A stretch of DNA of 64,000 nt from Anthoceros angustus (lineage: Eukaryota; Plantae; Anthocerotophyta). The first letter of the stretch is position 1. Every line of letters starts with the position of its first letter. The notes beneath the pieces were generated by a model, which saw only the letters and a list, made by a program, of their open reading frames with translations, was not told the origin of the DNA and ran no database searches. Position numbers and translations under genes: made by a program. Location of the stretch: the NCBI GenBank assembly GCA_010909165.1, contig VJWM01000144.1, positions 310,001-374,000 of the forward strand. The letters run 5' to 3'. Of the stretch, positions 12,222 to 24,007 are shown piece after piece.

Positions 12222-15200
12222 ATGCTGGCAGCGATGCAACTGTAGAGGGCCCCACTTTGCACAGGTTCATGCACGTCAGGGCGGACAAGCTGGACCAGAG
12301 CTTTGTTGAGAAGGTCATCTTACCTCCGGATGAGATTGAGAAATTCTGCAATCACGTCAGGCTCAACTCAGCGGCATGCCGTGATGGAAAGACGCTGCTG
12401 GATTTCAATGCCTTGAACTATGCGTCTGTCCACGTTGTAGGACTGTATGGAAGTAAGAAGGTGCTCGCTCGAATTTTCTCGAAGCTTGGGTTTCAGAGCG
12501 TGGTGTCGTCGATGCTTGGCCCTCTGGATGTAGGGATTTATGGCTTTCTTCATCAGGGCGTATTGTTCATTTTCTATTGGCATGAGGGTGAACGAATGCT
12601 GGAGGCCTCCAGGAAGGACGTGTCTTGCAACTTCATTCGTTGTGTTGCAGACTTATGTGCGACTGTCTACATCTGCCTGGACGATGAAAACGATGTGGCC
12701 TTGTCGCTCATGACCTCCGGGCGCTCTATTGCTGCCTCTAAAACGCAGCGTACGCAGAGGGTGCAGATATCAGTGGTCAGGAGTCAGAGAACGATGTGAA
12801 GCTGCGCAAGGGCTTTCACAATTGTACTTTATTCTTCTCGAGGGAGAAGCCAGGCAATGTCCAGCCATCTTCCTGCTCGGAGCCAAGTCTCAGACTTGCT
12901 GGCGGTCTCCACCGTTGCGCTTTTCTCACTTCATCAGTTGTCCCTCCTAAGAAAATTGAGACGAGTCATCACAAGGTATTGGAGTGTCAACACTTGGCGC
13001 AGGTTGTTGAGGAATGGTCGGGCCTCTTCAATCTTGACTTCACTCAGCTAGACTACCTCGAGTTTGGCCTGTTTTTAGAACATGCGGGTCTTGAAGGAAG
13101 CAGAGATTATCGCTTGCTCAGGGAGTCCCTCGAAGCAAGAAGAAAAGCTCAACATGGAAAGTTCTACGAGGTGGAGAAGCTTTTACAAGAGAAAGAAGAG
13201 ATGCTTCTGAGCATCTTCAGCGGAGCTCAGCAAGCGTACTTGAAGCTCTATCACCCATGGGCAGAGAATCTGGTTGCTGCCTCTGAGGTTCACCCTTGTG
13301 GTGTTGCCTCCTTATGCACGGAGTGTTCGTTTGAACCGAATGATCTGTTTGAGGCAGAAGCGGCCCTGGTTAACATCTGGACAGGTGATGGTGGCCTTCA
13401 ACCAGGAGAAGATTCTCAATGTTTCATTTTGTGGGCACAGAATTCCGAATGATAAAGGCCGACGGGACTACAGTGGTAAGCAATAGTGTTGACGAATTCA
13501 TCGTGCATCGAATTTCCTCAACACGATCTTCAAGATCGGCAGGGCCGATCCGTTGTGGAGGAATTTGTGGTCAGACCCAAAGGGGCTGGAGCAGAGAACG
13601 ATCTTGAGCTGACATGCAAGGCTGTGAAGGAGGATTTCCCTGAAGGTCCAGTTTTGACGTCTCGAATTATGGAAGTCACCATCAACCACGTCGGTACCCG
13701 AATTCGCTTGAAAGTGATGCTTATCAAAGAAAAACCTTCAGGCGAAGGGATGCTAACATGGATGGAGGCATATGGCCAGCCTGCTGTGCTTCCTATCGGG
13801 GAAAGAATCGGTGCTCTGGTCTCTGCACTCAAAAAACATTCGTTTAACAGTGATGGCATCCGTTCTCGAGTTTTACACTATGCACAGGAGATCGTGATGT
13901 CGTCCGATCTTCAGCCTGTTCAAGGAGCGATTTTCAATACAATTTTCTGGCGCAGATTCTGATGGAAAACTCGGAATGCTGCAGGAGAGGTGTATCTGAG
14001 AGGACCTCTCAGGCCGTGGAAGCTCCGATCGACAAGTTCACCCCTGAGGAGGAGGAACTACTGCTGGTACTGGTGCGAAGGGTTTACGTTCAAGCCCGTG
14101 CTGAATTTTCGAGCGCATTAGAGACAATGGTGAAGAAGAAGTAGTCCCTTGTTGAAGAAGAAGATCGAGTTTGAAGCAAAGCGTAACACTAACTTCTTCA
14201 AGCAGTCCTTCCAAAAGGAGGAAAGGCAATTCCTGACCAGGTTACAAGAGCAGCTGTCCAGGGGACACTTCGAGAACATTGTTTGTCCGTCCGAAGGTGT
14301 ACCCTTCAGCGTGGTCAGAAAGAATCCGTCGTTGCTAAAGCTGTCAATTTTCTTTCAGGCCGCGGTGACAAGCTGCAGGTTTATTTTGTGTCAGAGCAAA
14401 CAGACAGTCAGCGAATCGCCTGGAACATAGCCGAGCTTACACCAATGAAGAAGGACCTGGACGCTGCCATGTGCAATTCCGGGCACCTCATCATTCCCCA
14501 GTGTTCGGAAAACTGCAGGTTGATTGAGGTCGATCCACACTCAGAGAGGCTATTTCAAGTAGTTGCGGTGAAATCTGGTGAAGTTTTAGTGTTTGTGGAG
14601 GATCTTAAAGAGCCAGCACTTCATCTCTACCTGCTCCCGAGCTTGGGTGTAGAGATACAAGGCATGAATCCCGTCAAGAGATTCAAAAGGGGTTACGACC
14701 TTGTGGCAGTGGATGAAGTTTCAAAACTTGTTGGTTTGTATGATAGGGGATTGGCCAGAATTGACATCCTGCGCCTTGATGAATCCTTCCGCCACATGGA
14801 CTGGTCTGGAGTTACGCTGAATCTTTCCGAGTACATCGGAATGAGGTTCTTAACTTCGATGTCCTTCATCCCTGGCAGGAGAGAATTGGTGCTGGTGGAC
14901 GAAGAATACAAAGTTCGGTGTTCGATATCAGCACTGCCATGCTGAAGCCAGGGATATGCAGTTACCTGGTCCTGCCCATAAGATTTGTGTTTCCACAGAT
15001 GGATCTTGTTTAATGGCCTTCTATAAGTCCCGTCCAGACGGACCTCCGGAAGCAGCAGAGGGGTTGACGGAAGCAGTGACCAGAGTGAACATAGAGAGCC
15101 TGGAATGGACGAGTCCGCTGAAGGTTCTTTAAAGATCGAGGTCTACTTGCTTGGCGAATCAGTATGTCATCTCAAGACACTCTACCTTGACTACGAAGTA

Positions 15201-18200
15201 ACAGATGTAAGAAACATTGATGCAACCGTGGTAGCCTTCGGATCACAGGTCCATCTCGTACTTCTGGATGCGTCAAGGCCGGACAGAGGCATATGCTCAA
15301 ACGTCATTGAGATCACAACGGCCTTGGACGTCTGCCAGGTGCAACATATGCACAAAGGTCGACAAACTGGCATTGCCTCTGAAAGCACTGAAAAGGGTGG
15401 CCATGGCTGTCCGGCTTTGGACTATATATATCAGATATTTGAGAAGTATTCGACGAGTGCCCTCTCATCCAGAGGACAAGAGATTTGCATCTGCATGTGG
15501 TTTTGCTGGAGAATCCAAGGAAAGCCAGGAGGCCTTGACGCAAGGCTCTGTGACTTACATCAAAGGTTCCATGGACAGGCTGGCGAGAGATAAAGGGAAA
15601 GATTTCTCGCAGCTGAGGTTAGCTGTTTCCGCAGGCTCCGTGGATAGCTACATCGTCGATAACGTTCTTTTGGAGAGCACGGAAGGTAGAAACAGTGCGA
15701 ATGTAGGAGACTGGATACGACTACTTGTTTGCCTCGTGCCAATTCAAGTAGCCTGAGCCGAGAACAATACCTTGCGGCCTTTGGTAGACGGTCTGCAAAA
15801 TCCCAACCTGAATTATGCAGATGCACTGGGGCTTGCAGGCGCTACGATTTGGGTTCTACGACTCCGTGTTAGCCCATTGGTCTGGGGATATCAAAGTGAT
15901 ATCGTCCATGGGTAAGCAGAGCAGTGGCAAGTCCTACGTGCTCAACCATTTGGCTGGTTCGCTACTCGATGTGGCTGGAGGAAGATGCACAGACGGAGTA
16001 TGGATGACTATGCGTGCATCGGAAAGCTGCTTGTATGTTCTCCTTGACTTTGAGGGCCTGGGAAGCTTTGAGAGAAGCGAGCAGGAGGATATGCTCCTCT
16101 CTATTCTAAATGCAGCCGTGAGCAACATCACCATATTCAATAAAAGGTATGACATCCAATCTGACATTGTCAATTCGGTAATGATCATGAGTGGTACCAT
16201 AACACACAGGGCTAACTACATGATCTGGACAGGATTTTCATCTGGACAGGAAACAGAAGCTGTCTTTGAGCGCTTTCAGAATGGCGTAAGCTTGGTGAAG
16301 CAGGACAGCCGGCTCTTTAAGGGCCTCTTCTATATGGCCATCAAAGACGTGGATACATCAGACGTCAATGACTTGAAAGCAGAGTTCTTAGCGAAGATAC
16401 AGCAAATATGTCACAAATCTCAGGACAACTTTCTTACAAAGATGTACGGAGGGGCAGTTGAGATAGCAGCGATGCCACCCTTCCAAAGGCCCGAATATCA
16501 GGAGAGTGTTGCCGAGATAGCTGCAACTGTAGAGGAATCGGAAGCTGTCCACCACAATGGCAACAGCCTCGCAGTAGACCTGAAGCTGGTAATAGCTCAG
16601 ATAACTGCTAAGGATTGGTCTCCGATTGACTCAAGCGCTTAGCTTTAAAACTGGAGCTCCTGAAGAGACACATGACTGCAGCAGTTACTATGGGAAAGCT
16701 GATGAGCAAGGCAGACTATGTCCTGACAAACTTTGCAACGCAGGAGGAAGTGGCTGATATCCCTGTTGAGGTTGATGGTATGGTCTTCCATCTTAGTGAC
16801 ACTGACTTGGAACTGTACCCTTACAAGGAGACTGAAGTGATGGGTAACATTCTTCAAACTCTAAATCACTATTTTCAAGGAGTAGAGAAGCGGACCGGTG
16901 TGGATGATGACCGTTGGCACACGGCGTTCGAGAAATTTCTCATGGCATTGGCTGATAGACGGAGGAAGAGAATTATGGAATGGTTAAGATGCAACACAGC
17001 AGAGTTCCAGCAGGAGGATGGTGATGTTCAGAAGCTTCGTTTGGAAGCCATTGCCACATTGGCGGAGGTCAAGCAGAGTCTGTCCCTGTGTAGCAGCAAG
17101 TGCGAGAAGTGTTTTCTGAGATGCGTTCTTGATAAAGGTCATCCAGACCTGCATACCTGCAGGGGAACCATTACTGCTCGGCAGTCTGTACGTTTTGCCT
17201 TCAGGAGCAATCAACAGGCTTGCAGTCTAACGAGTGTTGCGATCTCTCGGGACATGAAGGCCCACACGACTGTAAGTCCCGGAGCCACACATGTGCAGAG
17301 TCTTGTTCTCTTCTCAAATCATCCAACTGCAACTCTTCTCAAATCATCCAACTGCAACCGGACCTGTGCCATGAAGCCTGGACATGCTGGAGAGCACAGA
17401 TGCAACACCAAGCAGCACGTGTGTGAGAAGTGTTCTCTATCGGAGTGCAGAAACCTCTGCACTTTCAGTGTTGATTGTGGAGAACACGATGAACATGTTT
17501 GTCATGAAAGGATGTGTCCCATGACGTGCATCGTGGACGGATGCAACAGGAAGTGTGGGTTCGAGGACCACTTTCATTCTCTTACCTCTGCTGGGCATTT
17601 CTGCGGTAACGAACACACTTGCAAGGCGCAGTGTGAGGATGATGGAATATGCGAGATTCTGACAGAGGTGGTGAAGAAGTCCAAGGTTTTGTAGGGAAGC
17701 GATCTTCTTTTGAATACGAGCATGTGTCGGAGCAGAATGGGATCAGGAAAGGTTGCTGTATCGATTCCACCCTGGGAGGCTAAACACGAGGGCCGGCACT
17801 GCCACACTGTCAACCCCAATGCAGTACACTTTTGCACCACAAGATGTCCTGCTTGTGCATACTTCTGCAATCTTCCCATTGGGCATCTGGGCTTACATGA
17901 CACCACACACGGGAACATGAGAGACGTCAATTTTGTGGCAGAGTCAGAGGACATCGACCTTGTGGACAGGAAATATGCTTGGGAGAATCTGGTGTGGCAG
18001 AAATTTGCCACATGCACTGTAGATCCCAAGGCCGCGGTCACATCCACTTGGTCGAGTGTGGTGGCCATGGAAGCAAGGAGCAAGGCATCAGACCCGACAG
18101 TATGAGCGGCTCTGTAAGAACGGAGTTCTGGAGGAGCAAGGCATCAGACCAGAGAGTATGGTCCTGACACGACTGTCCCCAAAGATGAAATGACCCACGA

Positions 18201-19058
18201 GGCTTACTGGAAGCACTTGATGTTCAAGGATCCCTGCCAAGAAGATGATCGGAAGCAGTTCAAGATGTGCAGCCACCACTGCTGCTCCGAAGATCATTCA
18301 TCTGCAACTGGGACCACGCAACAGCGATCCTACTGCACTGAGAAGTTGTGGCACAAACCTGTGAGCAGGACGGGATCCACTTCCAGCGTAGGGTACGTGT
18401 CGGAAGATGGCCATGCCTTCGAGTGCAGTCACTTGAAATATGCTCCAAGCCATGTGGTGTTCGTCATCGACAGGTCTGGCTCTATGGGCTACACAGACGT
18501 TAAGCCAACACTGGTGCAATTTGCAGCCTCCTTCAACAATCGACTGGGATGCGTGTACGAAGCCGTCCTCCGCTTCATCCGAACCCGGGTTGCGGGAGGT
18601 CAGCCGGATGTGGTGTCTGTTGTCTTTTCGATCGCAACGCCACCATCGCAGTGGAGAGGCAGCCCATCTCGGAGACGCTTGTAGACGGTCTCCTCCGATA
18701 CGGCGTCAGTGGGGACCCATTACTCGTGCGCCCTGGATCAGGTTCAGCAGATCCTGCAGCGAGCTTCAGTGGACGCCTCCATGCAAGCCAAACACCCTGC
18801 TGTCATCTTCCTGAGTGACGGTGAGAACATGGGTGGCACTGATCCGGTCGCCATGGTGAAGGACATGAAGGACCTCGACCACAAGCTGGTCTTCCACACC
18901 ATCCTCTTCGGGGCAGACAACGCGGGGAGGAGCTATTGAAGAGGATGGCATCCGCAGGCGCGGGGACCTATCAGGTCAGCATCGACGAAGTGCAGCTCGC
19001 AAGGAGCTTTGAAGATCTAGCGAAGACCCTGAGGCCGAAGGTTGCTTCCCTCATGTAA
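12222..19058 (+). CDS. Very large VLIG/GBP-like P-loop GTPase with Cys/His-rich repeats and C-terminal VWA domain (~2200 aa; many 1-bp frameshifts as sequenced)
   Basis: G1 MGKQSSGKS (~15908), G2 GRCTDGVWM, G3 LLDFEG, then ERSEQEDMLL. Short intron ~16147-16232. CxxxCxxCxxxC/H-rich repeats at 17085-18430. VWA MIDAS VIDRSGSM (~18463) and FLSDG (~18807). Stop taa at 19056-58. Start inferred from the paralog (MASSDA..EGPTLHR). Confidence 0.75.
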
Positions 19059-19766
19059 TGTAGCCTTTTTGTATCATCGGCCTGTCATCTGCAGACTTCC
19101 AAGTGGGAAGTCAGATGTGCAGAGTATGTATTGCATGCTGCAGTTCATTGCCTTCAATTGGGACAGACTTTTGGATCTCGTGGCGAATTTCGTTGGTGAC
19201 CTGTGGAGGCCTACCGTATTGGGCTAGAAGTGTTCAAGTGTTCATCCCGACCATTTTCCAATGCTGCCCGACTCAAAGCATGCAGCATAACTGTGATGAG
19301 AGCATGGCAAGCACCTTGCAAGCATTGGTGCTTGCAAGGGTTCCTGTGACGGAAGGCCATAACCAGCATTCTTGCACTGCATATCTGAAATTCTGAATAC
19401 AATCTCAGGGTCTCGCATGGTTGCCATGGAAACAAATAACGAACAGCCAATTAGGTACTCTGCTAAGCATCCGGTGCATCCATCCCTGAATGATCATGAT
19501 CCCAGTTTTCTACGGGCTTGCTCAATCTAAAAACCATCCTTTCTGACCCAGCAGACACCTAACAAAAGCTTGCTTGGAATTCGCCTAGCTCAACAGAAAT
19601 CAGTACATAAGCATCTGTGCAGGAGCATCATTCAACTGAATGTCACTGCGCGTTCAGGTTGTCGTTTCCTTGTGCAGTGACATTCCAGTGCTTTCTCTTG
19701 CGTGTCCTTGCTGGGAGGAGGGTGGAGATCCAGAAAGATCGGAGGGAATGCCGGAATTGAGTGACG

Positions 19767-22700
19767 ATGGCTAGCAGCGATGCAATTACCGAGGGGCCGA
19801 CTTTGCACAGGCTGATGCACCTGAGGGACGACAATCCGAATCAGAGCTTTGTGGAGGTGGTCCTCTCACATCCAGATGAGATTGTGAAATTCTGCACTGA
19901 GGTCAGGCTCAAGTCAGAGGGAAAGACGTCGCTGGATTTCAATGCGTTGGACAACGAATCTATCCACGTTGTGGGACTGTACGGGAGCAAGAAGGTTCTC
20001 GCTCGAATTTTCTTGAAGCTAGGGTTTCAGACTGTGGTATCCTCGATGCTTGGCTCTCTTCATGTAGGGGATTTATGGCTTTCTTCATCAGGGAGTATTG
20101 TTCATCTTTCTATTGGCATGGGGTGAACGAATGCTGGAGGCCCCAGGAAGAATGTGGAAGAGTTGCTGGAACTCCGGGACTCTATACGTCCGTCCATCGG
20201 TGCATTTTACGGGATCGCACATCACCTCAGCAGTGATGGGATCCTCGAATCATCCATCTTTGCAGCATGCTGTGCAGCATGCTGTGCAGAAGGCTGCCCT
20301 CTTCCAGCCTCCTATATAGCCTTCGCCATTCAAGATTTGCTAACACCTACACATGTGCCCGACAGACTCCATCAATACCAACCCTCGGCATCACAGCTTA
20401 CCAACACAGATTAGGGGAGCACCCTTTCCCGATTCCGAAGTAGGGGATCGAGAGGCAGGACACTTCAAGCTTGTGAGGTAGCTGTCCGTTCAACGCTCGG
20501 TGCATGTTGGAGATGACGGTAACTCAGTTGTGCGCGGTGCAGTATCTCATGAATTCACGCTCCATGTATCAGGAAAGGAAACTACTGCTGGAACGGGTGC
20601 GAAAGGCCTATGTTCAAGCCCGTGATGAATTGTCGAGCCAGTACAGAAATGGTGAGGAAAGAGGTGGCCCCTTGTTGAAGAAGATTGAATTTGAAGCAAA
20701 ACGTAACACAAACTTCTTGGAGCACTAGTTTCAAAAGGAAGAACGGCAATTTGTGACCAGGTTACAAGAGCAGCTGTCCAGGGGACACTTCGACAACATC
20801 GTCTGTACGTCCGAAGGTGTTTCTTGAAGCGTGGTCAGAAAGAAACCCTCATTGACATACCACGCAACTATGTTTCAGGTCGCAGCTCAGAAGCTGAAAA
20901 CAGTGACAAGCTGGTACTCGATTTTGTGTCAGAACAGAACAGCGGATCGCGTGGAAGATAGCCGATCTTACACCAATGCAGAAGGATTTGGGCGCTCTCA
21001 TGTTTGACTCCGGACTCCTCAAGTTTTACAATTTTGAAAGTAACTCCGTTCATCCCTGAGAGGAGAGAAATGGTGCTAGTTAACGAAGTTTGGGTGTTCC
21101 AACGTTCAAAGTTTGGGTGTTCGAAATCAGCACTGCCATGCTGAAACCAGGGATATGCAGTTACCTGGTCCTGCCCATAAGACTAGTGTTTCCAAAGATG
21201 GATCTTGTTTAATGGCCTTCTACAAGTGTCTTCCAGACAGACCTTCCCTAGCAGCAGAGGGGTTGACGCAAGGCAGTGACCAGACTGGTACCCAGCTTGA
21301 AATGGACAAGTCTGCTGAAGGTTCTTGAAGACTGAGGTCTATCTGCTTGGCGAATCAATAAGTCATCTGAAGACACTCTCGCTTGACTACACAGTAGCAG
21401 ACGTAAGAAGCATTAATGCAACAGTGGTGGCCTTCGGATGACAGGTCCATCTCGTACTTCTGGATGTTCAAGGCCGGACAAAGGAATATGCTCAAAGGTT
21501 CTTGAGATCACATCCGCTTCTGAAGTCTCCCAGTTGCAACGTAGGGACACAGGTCGGCAGACTGGCATTTCCGAGTCTGCAAGCAACGAAATGGGTGGCC
21601 ATGGCTGTCCGGCTTTGGACTATGTTTATCACATATTTGAGAAGTAGGCCTAGGCCAAATGGACACACATTTATAAGAACGCCGTGATTAAGCATCCTGA
21701 GCTTGGATCGATACTTAGATGGGGTGCCTAAAGGAGTGGATGCCGTTGGTGCAAGTAGCTTAAGCACACCATGGTACAAGTTGTTAAGTACTAAGTCCCA
21801 TGACGGAAATCCGTCCTTAGTGGACTTCAAAAATTCTTCTTCTTCTTCTATGCCACGAGCACCCTCTGATCCGGAAGCCAAGGACCTTCATCTCCATCTG
21901 CTTTTCGCCGGATACAGCGAAAAGCAGCATGGAGATCACAAGATCCTCTTTATATGGCCATCAAAGACGTGGATCCGGCAGACGTGGATGACTTGACAGC
22001 AGAGTTCGAAGCCAAGATACTCCACATTTGTCACGACTCTCGGGACAATTTTCTCGCAAAGATGTACGGCGGAGGTTGAGATAGCAGCGATGCCACCCTT
22101 CCAAAAGTCGGAATGTCACGAAAGTGTTGCAACTGTAGCTAAAACTGTGGAGGAATTGAAAGCTGTCCACCACAATGGCAACAGCCTTGCAGTAGACCTG
22201 AAGCTGATAATGGCTCAGATAACTACCAAGGATTGGTCTGCATTTGACTCGAAGCGCTTACCTCTGAATGTGGAGCTCCTGAAGCGAGACGTGAAATCTG
22301 CCATCACTTTGGGAAAGCTTATGAGCCAGGAGACTGTGTTCTGACAGACTTTGCAACTCAGAAGGAAGTCGCCGATATGCCTGTTGAGGTTGATGGTGTT
22401 GTGTTCCATCTTAGTGACACTGGCTTGGCACTGTGCCCTTCGGTGGAGACCCAAGTGATGGGTGACATTCTTCAATCCCTGAATGACCGTTTTCAATGTG
22501 TGGAGAAGCGGACTGGTATGGATGATGAGCGTTGGCACACTTCCTTGGAGAAATTTCTCATGGAATTGGCTGATAGACGGAGGGAGAGAATTCTGGGATG
22601 GCTCAGGTGCAACACAGCAGAGTTCCAGGAGCTGGATGCATATGTTGATGTTCAGAAGCTTCGTTTAGAAGCCATTGCCACGCTGGCGGAGGTGAAGCGG

Positions 22701-23893
22701 AGCCTGTCCCTCTGTATCAGCAAGTGCGAGACCTGTTTCCTGAGATGCGTTTGTGAAAAAATCATCCAGGCAAGCATACGTGCAGGGGATGCATCCGAGA
22801 TTTGCATGATGCAGTGTAAAACCCAAGGCCGCGGTCACATCCACTTGGTGAGGTGTGGTGCGCATGCCCATGGAAGCAAGGGGCTCTCTGCCTCGGGTCA
22901 GAGGAAGGCGCATCTGGTATTTGCCCTTTTCTTACCTGCAGGGATCTGTCCAAGGCCTGCAAGGAAGGAATTCATCAAGGAGCAAGGCATCAGACCCCAG
23001 AGTATGGGCCTGACACGACTGTCCCCAAAGATGAAGTGACCCACGCAGCTTATTAAAAGCACTTGAGGTTCAAGGATCCCTGCCATGAAGCCGATCGGAA
23101 GCAGTTCGAGATGTGCAGCCACTACTGCCGCTCGGAAGAACAAACATCGCAAAATCGATCCTACTGCACTGAGAGGTTGTGGCACAAACCTGTCAGCAGG
23201 ACAGAATCGACTGCTAGAGCAGGGCATGTGACGGAGGACGGCCATGCCTTCCGCTGCATTCGCATGAAAGACACGCCAAGCCACGCGGTGTTCGCCATCG
23301 ACAGGTCAGGCTCTATGCGCGACAGGGACATGACGCCAACGCTGGCTAAGATTGCAGGCTCCTACGAATTGAACAACCGGCTGGATGCCTCTACGAAGTC
23401 GTTTTCCGCTTCATCCGGACCCGGGTTGCAGCAGGTTAGCCGGATGTCGTGTCTGTTGTCCTCTTCGACCACAAGGCCTCCATCGCATTGGAGAGGCAGC
23501 CCATCTCATAGACGCTTGTGGACGGTCTCCTCCAATACCCCACCAATTGGGGAACCGATTACTCACGCGGCCTGAAGAGGTTGAGGAGATGCTGCAGCGA
23601 GCTTCAGATGAAGCCTCCATGCAAGACAAACACCCTGCTGTCATCTTCCTCAGTGACGGTAAGAATGAAGGTGGCGGGATCCGGTCCCCGTGGTGAAGAA
23701 CATGAAGGACAGCAACCCCAATCTCGTCTTCCACACCATCCTTTTCGGGAGGGACAATGACGTGGAGACATTGAAGAAGATGGCAGCTGTGGGCACGGGA
23801 CCGCACCACATCAGCATCGATCCAGTTGAGCTAGCAAGGAGCTTTGTAGGTTCAGACGTGAGTCTGCGGCCCCAAGTCGCTTCCCTCACGTAA
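19767..23893 (+). pseudogene. Decayed, internally deleted paralog of the GTPase-VWA gene
   Basis: Colinear homology to 12222-19058 (EGPTLHRL.., KKIEFEAKRNTNF, MPPFQ, AIDRSGSM, FLSDG). In-frame stops (e.g. 20726, ~23054), loss of the G1-G3 segment, and a 202-bp insertion at 21647-21848. Confidence 0.85.
21647..21848 (+). mobile_element. Short interspersed structured repeat with (TTC)n tail, copy 1
   Basis: Absent from the intact paralog (gagaagta|ttcgacgag). Flanked by TA at 21645-46 and 21849-50. Homologous to 32030-32272, 34756-35012 and 35388-35590. Confidence 0.85.
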
Positions 23894-24007
23894 CATGTAG
23901 CCTTCTGTACTGCGTCCTCGGCCTATCATTTGCGCACTTCCCTGTCGGATGTGCGGACTGTATGTGTGTAGGTATTGCGGACTAGGTGATGTGTGATCAG
24001 TAGTTTT

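Noticed and set aside
21793-21828. Terminal hairpin of the short repeat as a hammerhead or SECIS element
   Set aside because: Lacks the CUGANGA/GAAA arrangement, and the helix after ATGA is too short for a SECIS.
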